From NCBI GenBank assembly GCA_964648665.1, contig CAZYOA010000002.1, forward strand, positions 75,002-139,001: 64,000 nucleotides of DNA. Reading direction: 5' to 3'. The translations under genes and the position numbers were made by a program. Origin of the DNA: an uncultured Planctomycetales bacterium (GTDB taxonomy: Bacteria; Omnitrophota; Gorgyraeia; Zapsychrales; Aceulaceae). Positions within the stretch are counted from its first letter, which is position 1. Every line of letters starts with the position of its first letter. Below the pieces are notes generated by a model, which saw nothing but the letters and a program-made list of their open reading frames with translations, had not been told where the DNA came from and did not search any database. This document shows positions 1-5,855 of the stretch, one piece after another.

Positions 1-606
1 AGATTGATCGCTAGCAAGCCCACCTTGAATAGTGACTGCCTCTATCGTAACAGGAATTTCCTGAGAGAAAGTTACTATGTTAATGACTCTACCTAAAAGC
101 TGGGCATCAATAATAACATCTTCTGGATTTCCAGAAAGACCAATAAGGTTTATTGGTGTTGTTATATTTAAGCGTTCGTTATAAGTTCCTGGCATGATGT
201 AAATTGTATCGACCCCACTTGATAAATCAATGGCATGCTGAATTGTGGCAAAAGCTGTTTCAGGAGTTAGCCCATTATTTGAATCATTGCCAGACGCAGA
301 AACATAGTAATTGGCTATGATGATGTCTGTGAGTTCTAATTTTTCATTGGCAAGATATGCCTTCGTACCCTCTAAATATTCTCTTATAATTTTCTCAGCA
401 GATTTTTCATCAACAGTAAACTCTGCTTCAATTTTATTTTTGTCTTTTTTAGGAAGAACGTTACGCAATTTAATTTTTTGTGTAATTTCATTTTCTTCTT
501 TTTCCGGTTGAAAGAATTTTGAAGATTGTCCAAACGAAGACGTAAAACTTGTCATAACAAATGTTGCTATGATTACTGCGGTGATTGATATTCTTTTTCT
601 CATCAT
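1..606 (-). CDS. Exported right-handed beta-helix (pectate-lyase fold, DUF1565-like) protein, first 202 codons; the gene runs off the window start
   Basis: Absent from the ORF track because there is no stop in the window. Manual minus-strand translation from ATG 606 gives MMRKRISITAVIIATFVMTSFTSSFGQS (signal-peptide-like), then NYYVSASGNDSNNGLTPETAFATIQHAIDLSSGVDTIYIMPGTYNERLNI. That is the SxxGxDxNxGT..PFxTIQxA and GxY pattern typical of beta-helix proteins. AAGGAGAG SD lies 2 nt upstream of the ATG. Confidence 0.6.
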   Translation of the reverse strand, partial: MMRKRISITAVIIATFVMTSFTSSFGQSSKFFQPEKEENEITQKIKLRNVLPKKDKNKIEAEFTVDEKSAEKIIREYLEGTKAYLANEKLELTDIIIANYYVSASGNDSNNGLTPETAFATIQHAIDLSSGVDTIYIMPGTYNERLNITTPINLIGLSGNPEDVIIDAQLLGRVINIVTFSQEIPVTIEAVTIQGGLASDQS

Positions 607-643
607 GTCTCTCCTTTTTAAGGGCCAAATTTTACCTTAAAAT

Positions 644-787
644 AAAAAAATCTTTATTCTCAATAACCGAAAATAAAGACTTAAAATATTTTTTATATTC
701 TTTCGGTAGTTCAGCCCTCTGTATCTATAAGATACAGAGCTGTAGCTTTGCGTGCTTGCCTTACGACAAGGTTGCCTTTATCAAGAA
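644..787 (-). promoter_or_regulatory. c-di-GMP-I (GEMM-I)-like riboswitch, copy A: aptamer ~700-787, intrinsic terminator ~644-679
   Basis: Minus-strand read: UUCUUGAUAAAGGCAAC-CUUGUC-GUAA-GGCAAG-CACGCAAAGC-UA-CAGCUCUGUAUC-UUAUA-GAUACAGAGGGCUG-AACUACCGAAAG. This is followed by UCUUUAUU-(13 nt)-AAUAAAGA-UUUUUUU, an SD and the ATG at 606. The order of conserved blocks (GGCAA, GNRA-capped hairpin, ACGCAAAGC, bulged hairpin, CUACCGA) matches GEMM-I as I remember it. Confidence 0.7.
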
Positions 788-911
788 TGCGCTTAACGCT
801 TTCATACAAAGAACGAAATTTCTTATCCTTAGAAAAGATAGCACATAATACTTACAATGTAAGGGGTTAAAGCTATTTTTATGAAAGCGCTTTCTTTTTT
901 TAGAATAATTT

Positions 912-947
912 TATAGAAAAAGGCCGGGTTAAAATCTAACCCGGCCC
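912..947 (-). terminator. Rho-independent terminator (GC-rich hairpin + U-tract) after the gene relic
   Basis: Minus strand: GGCCGGGUU-AGAUUUU-AACCCGGCC followed by UUUUUCUAUAAAA. The stem is 9 bp and perfect (922-930 / 938-946). Confidence 0.65.
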
Positions 948-1082
948 AAATTATATATTCTTTAAGAATCTGCTGAATTGTTAAACTGTAATTTTCAGAG
1001 ACTTTCTTTGTAATTATCCTATGTAGAAATCTTTATTTTAACATTCTTCTAATTTTTATGATTACTTCCTGCCCTCTATATT

Positions 1083-1265
1083 TTAATCAATATCAATATA
1101 ATCATTTTTCTTCATAGAAAACAAATACGTTCGACCGGCCTCAAATTGTCCAATTTCATCAATCCAGACACCATCAACTTTTTCAATATATTTTTCACCC
1201 TGTATATCCTCGACATGCCAAATAGCATCATTATCTGGGTCAATCAATTCAGCTATTGTATCCAT
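1083..1265 (-). pseudogene. Relic of the C-terminal domain of a subtilase-type paralogue (60 codons)
   Basis: MDTIAELIDPDNDAIWHVEDIQGEKYIEKVDGVWIDEIGQFEAGRTYLFSMKKNDYIDID matches the last 60 residues of the 1476-aa protein at 5856-10286 in 53 of 60 positions (counted by eye). The frame stays open upstream to about 1400 with decayed similarity (ESFYAGLQRPDGNA vs ELFSGYNFIGFLADKNA). There is no other start and no SD, and it lies directly after the upstream gene's terminator. Confidence 0.7.
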
Positions 1266-1417
1266 CGCATTTCCATCTGGCCTTTGAAGGCCAGCGTAAA
1301 AGGATTCATTTGCGTATTTTCTTCTTTTGTTGTCTGATTTTCTAAATTCATAATATTGTAAAATTATAACATACTTTCGAGGAAAGGTTAATTTAGAAGA
1401 AATATTTTATTTTATTA

Positions 1418-1456
1418 ATAAAAAAGCTTAGGCCGGGTTAAAATTCAACCCGGCCC
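1418..1456 (-). terminator. Rho-independent terminator after the C25-like peptidase gene
   Basis: Minus strand: GGCCGGGUU-GAAUUUU-AACCCGGCC (1431-1439 / 1447-1455), then UAAGCUUUUUUAUU. It is the same hairpin as at 922-946. Confidence 0.55.
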
Positions 1457-1520
1457 CTCTAAATTTTATTAATCGAAAAATTAATCTTAATCTTGCTTTA
1501 TCGCACTTAGAGCACATATA

Positions 1521-4500
1521 TCATTGATCCGTTGAAGTTCCGATAAAATTCTGCTGTATGTCATTTTGAATATTAGAGATATTTAAAATCGAAGGTTCAA
1601 AGGTGTGTCCCGGAGCTTGGGGAGTTAATGTTATATTTGAACCTGGGTAGGCCAGGTATGCATAAAATGTTCCAGACAAAAAAACCTCACCAGTTCCTCC
1701 GGTTGCGCTTAAACTGATACCCGGAATAGCGAAGTAATTATTTGTTATAGTTCCTGAAACCATGTAAGCTTGAAGGGGTAAATTGCAAGAAGAAGTAACT
1801 TTAACATGATAGCCTTTGCCGGGTTTCAAAGATCCGATTTCATTAATCGATTGGCCATTTACTAGGCTAAGGGAATTATTATCTTCATCAACAGCTTGCA
1901 CAAAAACATCAGAGTCAATTAAAGGCTGAAATATCGCAGCAGCATCTATTTCATTTATTAATGGAAATCCAATAATATTCCATCCCTCGTTTAGAGTTAA
2001 AATTGTTTCATTTGGATCCAATGGAGCTTGATTACCGGCTATAGAAAAATTGACATTAGAATTCATCTTAATCTGATATCCTTCATTTATGTTCATTTCT
2101 CCAATAGTGTCAATATTGTAATCTGGCCAAATTACGCCTATATGATCATCTTTAATAATTTCAACTTGATTAATAATAGGATTAAGAATATTCGCTAAAC
2201 TCATATCATCGCATACTATGTTAAAAGAAATTAAATTCCACCCTTCTTTTAACTCAAAAAATTGAGAAGAATCGTAGGCACTAAAGTTTTGAATAACATT
2301 TTCTGGGTTAGCTTGAAGGATTGCGCTTTCCGGATCAAATATATAATCTTCAAAATTGGGTGTAACTGTCCAAGTTGTACTCCATGTCGAATTACCGGGA
2401 AGATCGAAAGAATAATATCCCTGGTTATTAGTTGTTGCATGAAATTGCCGAGAATAATTAGGGCTAGTTGCAATAACGGAAACATATTTTAAAGGTTGAC
2501 CATTCTTCAAGATAAATCCAGAAATCCGAAAAGCCAGTGTCACACAAACCTCGACCAATTTTTTATTTTCTGCATTCAGTTCTCCGTCAAAAACATTAAC
2601 TAACAAATCATAGGAACCTGTCTCTAAAGCTTTATTTGTGGTTATCGCTCCAGTGCTAGAATCAATTGCAAAAAACTCTTCTTCATTGCCTGATTCAAAA
2701 AAGTAAGTTAAATCTTGATATATTCCATCATCAAGAGCCTCTACATCAAAAACGTAACTGCCGATGTTTGCTAAAGTAGTCATATGCTTGAAACCTGTAA
2801 GTGTATCAAAATATGGAGGATCGTTGACTAGCTTTACTGTAATTATCATAGATTCAGAATCTTCTAAAATAGGTGTGCCATTATCCGAAACATTAAATGT
2901 TATCGAATGATCACCTGTTTGATTAAAATTTGGTGTCCAGCTAAATATTTGAGTTTCAGTGTTAAAAGTTGCACCTTCAGGTAAATCGTTTGCTGAAAAT
3001 ATTAAAATATCCTCAGAATTTGGATCAGTTGCTGATAGCGCAAATTCAATTGTATTTTCAGCCATGCATCCCTTGTTGCCAATAGGGCTTAGTATTGGTC
3101 GACTATTAAATTCAGAGAAATTGAAACGATATTCAGGGTCTCCCAATAAATTTGTGGTTAAATATACATATCTATAGCACTCATCCATTGCACTCGAAAT
3201 TAGTCCATTATTCTTTTCATGACTATAAGAATTTAACCTGCCAAGTGACTTTTCCGCAGGACCGCTAACATTGTTAAATGCTCCATCCCAAAACCATCTA
3301 CCAAATGTTTGAGATGCTCCATTTGTTGAATAAGCAGAAAACCATCCAAAGCGACTATTCATAACTGTTGCAAAAGCTCCTGTTATCGGTGAAGAAGTAA
3401 GCAATTTTTCTGAGATCGAATCAGTGTTGAGAGTCGTTGTGTAGGGATTTTCATTGTCAAAAGCTCCTGAATAGCATCCGTGCGAATAAATGAATATTGG
3501 TCTTTGATTGTCTAAATCCGAAACATCATCTAAGCTCATTTTCATGACCATTGTATTAGTGGCGTGGCCTGTGTGGTTAATATAGAATGCCCCTTCATTA
3601 ATTCTTGTCATTACTTCATCCATATTCCATTGATATTCAGGGGGGCTGTTTGGTGATCCTGCGGGAGGAGTATCGCAAAGCATATCAACTTCTTCTGGGT
3701 AATATGCTTCAATAAATCCAGAAGTTCCAGAGGGAATAGATCCAAATTTAATTTCTTCTATTTCAGCGATTGCGTATTTATATATTCCATAGTAAAGTCC
3801 TGCATATTCTCCTAACATTAAAGGATCTAAGCGTTCATTATTTGGTTGAGCGAGAATAGTTTTTTGAACAAAATTATCAGCTTCGGTTATACTATCTACA
3901 GGCGCTCGTCCAACAAAAACATCTGAAAAAAGATCAATGTAAATATTGATATCGTCAATTTCCATAAAAGAATTATTATTGTTTGAATCGAATCCTCCGT
4001 CTAGGTTTGAATAGTACAAATCAGATGGGATCTCTGTTTGTCCAAAAGCTGCAGGACAAGTCCCTAAATATCTAACTGGTACAATAGGTAGCTCTGTTTG
4101 TCCTCCTGCCAATGATTTATCCGCATCTCCACCAAGTAAAACGTATTCTGTAGAAAGTTCTTGATAGGCGTATCGAATATAATTTCTTATTTTTGCTGCC
4201 TTATCATTAAATTGATTAAATGATCCGCAAGTGTCTCCCCAATTATAAGGACCCGTGCAACTATAATCAGAGTCATCGTAAATATCTTCTACTGTGACGA
4301 CACAAGCTGAGATCGGATTTGTAAGTCTACTTTCTTTGTAATCGGCAAACACCTGAAAAGAAAGTGCAAGATTTTCATCTGTTATGATGAGGTATTGGCA
4401 TTCCTCTCTTGATGGATCCATAGGGTTGCGATCTATCGGATAACTATCTAAGATATATGATTTAATTTCTCTTTGATTTTTCGGTAAGTTTTCTAAAGCC

Positions 4501-5378
4501 GTGCTTTTATCAACTATTTTAGAATTTTCCTTTTTGGCATTTTGTTCATTGGTATTGGCTGTAATATCTGATAAAAATTTATCTAGAATTATTTCTCTGT
4601 CTGTCTGCTTTCCTCGATATCCATGTTCGATAGGCGCAGCTTTTGGTTTTAAAGTTATAGTTATGGTTTTATAATATGAAATTTTGCCATTTTCTGGAAT
4701 ATATTCAATTGGGCATAAGTTAAATGTATAAAAAACAAATCCTCTGTCGACTTGTTTGGCAGGGTTCGTATATGTTCGTTCAGGATATTTATTTTTTGAT
4801 AGATAAATCATTTCATTAGGCATTGCGGATGAAACATCGAAGCCCGCATCGATTAATTTTTGTTCCGGTAGAATAGGAAGCTGCTTCTCTCCATAACTGA
4901 GCTTATGTTCACTGGAGAGCGTTACGCGCTCGCCAAGAGTAATGGTGTAGCTGTCCAGTTTTGTGGCAAACGGTAAAAGAACTTTTGCGTATCGAATCGG
5001 AATTTCTGGTTTTCCTTCTTCGCTTTGAATTTGAGTCGCTGGCATGCTAATTTTATTATAACCATTTTCAAGAGGAATAAAAGTTGGTTCATCAAAAGTG
5101 TATACAATGGTAATTGTCTCACTCTTTCCGGTTTTTTTAGGAATTCTTGAAAGATCTAAAAGATTTTTTAATGGATCAATGGACGATTTTTCTTCATCTT
5201 TTATATATTCCTCAAATGGCAAGATTTTTTCAGATTGCTCAGTTTTTTCAGATTTAGATGCCAAATTGCGACTAAAGGCGCTTGTTGCTTTTCTTGTCTG
5301 TGATAAAACTTGATTTGGCGCTAAAAAGCTTAAAATTATGAGCAACGCTAAACATTTGGTTGATAAATTATTTTTCAT
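1521..5378 (-). CDS. Exported multidomain cysteine peptidase, C25 (gingipain)-like, with cadherin-like / Ig-like modules and two C-terminal GWN repeats
   Basis: Signal peptide MKNNLSTKCLALLIILSFLAPNQVLSQ. Clan-CD His/Cys context INHTGHATNT ... RPIFIYSHGCYSGAFD resembles the C25 NYxGHG ... ACxxGxF pattern. Cadherin/dystroglycan-type modules: SATDPNSEDILIFSANDLPEGATFN..FSWTPN and FFAIDSSTGAITTNKALETGSYDLLVNVFDG. CarboxypepD_reg-like module: ISGFILKNGQPLKYV..TNNQGYYSF. GGGAG SD precedes the ATG. Confidence 0.6.
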   Translation of the reverse strand: MKNNLSTKCLALLIILSFLAPNQVLSQTRKATSAFSRNLASKSEKTEQSEKILPFEEYIKDEEKSSIDPLKNLLDLSRIPKKTGKSETITIVYTFDEPTFIPLENGYNKISMPATQIQSEEGKPEIPIRYAKVLLPFATKLDSYTITLGERVTLSSEHKLSYGEKQLPILPEQKLIDAGFDVSSAMPNEMIYLSKNKYPERTYTNPAKQVDRGFVFYTFNLCPIEYIPENGKISYYKTITITLKPKAAPIEHGYRGKQTDREIILDKFLSDITANTNEQNAKKENSKIVDKSTALENLPKNQREIKSYILDSYPIDRNPMDPSREECQYLIITDENLALSFQVFADYKESRLTNPISACVVTVEDIYDDSDYSCTGPYNWGDTCGSFNQFNDKAAKIRNYIRYAYQELSTEYVLLGGDADKSLAGGQTELPIVPVRYLGTCPAAFGQTEIPSDLYYSNLDGGFDSNNNNSFMEIDDINIYIDLFSDVFVGRAPVDSITEADNFVQKTILAQPNNERLDPLMLGEYAGLYYGIYKYAIAEIEEIKFGSIPSGTSGFIEAYYPEEVDMLCDTPPAGSPNSPPEYQWNMDEVMTRINEGAFYINHTGHATNTMVMKMSLDDVSDLDNQRPIFIYSHGCYSGAFDNENPYTTTLNTDSISEKLLTSSPITGAFATVMNSRFGWFSAYSTNGASQTFGRWFWDGAFNNVSGPAEKSLGRLNSYSHEKNNGLISSAMDECYRYVYLTTNLLGDPEYRFNFSEFNSRPILSPIGNKGCMAENTIEFALSATDPNSEDILIFSANDLPEGATFNTETQIFSWTPNFNQTGDHSITFNVSDNGTPILEDSESMIITVKLVNDPPYFDTLTGFKHMTTLANIGSYVFDVEALDDGIYQDLTYFFESGNEEEFFAIDSSTGAITTNKALETGSYDLLVNVFDGELNAENKKLVEVCVTLAFRISGFILKNGQPLKYVSVIATSPNYSRQFHATTNNQGYYSFDLPGNSTWSTTWTVTPNFEDYIFDPESAILQANPENVIQNFSAYDSSQFFELKEGWNLISFNIVCDDMSLANILNPIINQVEIIKDDHIGVIWPDYNIDTIGEMNINEGYQIKMNSNVNFSIAGNQAPLDPNETILTLNEGWNIIGFPLINEIDAAAIFQPLIDSDVFVQAVDEDNNSLSLVNGQSINEIGSLKPGKGYHVKVTSSCNLPLQAYMVSGTITNNYFAIPGISLSATGGTGEVFLSGTFYAYLAYPGSNITLTPQAPGHTFEPSILNISNIQNDIQQNFIGTSTDQ

Positions 5379-5404
5379 GCCATTCTCCCTTTAAAATTTA
5401 TTTA

Positions 5405-5543
5405 TCAATAAAAAATCCTTATTCTCGATAAACCGAAAATAAGGATATATTTTTCCTTTCGGTAGCCTCAGCCCTCTATGTGCTTGCATAGAGCTGAACA
5501 GCTTTGCGTCCTTGTCTCACAACAAGTTTGCCTTTATCGAGAA
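5405..5543 (-). promoter_or_regulatory. c-di-GMP-I (GEMM-I)-like riboswitch, copy B: aptamer ~5455-5543, intrinsic terminator ~5405-5446
   Basis: Minus-strand read: UUCUCGAUAAAGGCAAA-CUUGUU-GUGA-GACAAG-GACGCAAAGC-UGUU-CAGCUCUAUG-CAAGCA-CAUAGAGGGCUG-AGGCUACCGAAAGG. This is followed by AUCCUUAUU-(14 nt)-AAUAAGGAU-UUUUUUAUU, a GGGAG SD and the ATG at 5378. Confidence 0.75.
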
Positions 5544-5659
5544 AATAAAAAAATATTTTATAAAAGAACATGTATTGTTTCTAATTTAAGTATATCTTAT
5601 AAATTTACAAAAACAATGGATAGGCAAGATTTTATGAAAGCGTTTTCTTTTTTTATGAG

Positions 5660-5702
5660 TTTTTATAAAAAAATAAGTCGGGTTAAGAATTTTAACCCGG
5701 CC
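5660..5702 (-). terminator. Rho-independent terminator after the S8 subtilase gene
   Basis: Minus strand: GCCGGGUUAA-AAUUC-UUAACCCGAC (one G-U pair), followed by UUAUUUUUUUAUAAAAA. Confidence 0.6.
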
Positions 5703-5855
5703 CAAATTACATATTTTTTTTAAAAATCTACTGAATCGTTAAGTTGCAATTCTCATCGACTTTTACAGCTATCTCCAAGCAAAAAATTGTTATTTTAATG
5801 TTCTTTTGATTTTATGACTGTTTCTTGCCTTCTATCTTTTTAAAAGAAATTCATT

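Larger units (their letters stand above)
607..1320 (-). repeat. Copy A of a ~0.7 kb duplicated module (subtilase-type gene 3' end + GC-rich terminator + riboswitch leader)
   Basis: By-eye alignment to 5379-6075. Shared blocks: ttaatcaatatcaat(a/g)taatc at the gene 3' end; the hairpin cgggtta..taacccggcccaaatta; atgaaagcg(c/t)tttcttttttt; and the whole aptamer plus terminator leader. Conserved blocks look roughly 75-90 percent identical (not computed). The stretch between terminator and aptamer has diverged. Confidence 0.8.

Noticed and set aside
585-848. Plus-strand ORFs over the intergenic leaders (585-848, 5478-5723).
   Set aside because: They overlap the structured riboswitch/terminator RNA on the opposite strand. 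Their reading frames are not conserved between the two duplicated copies.
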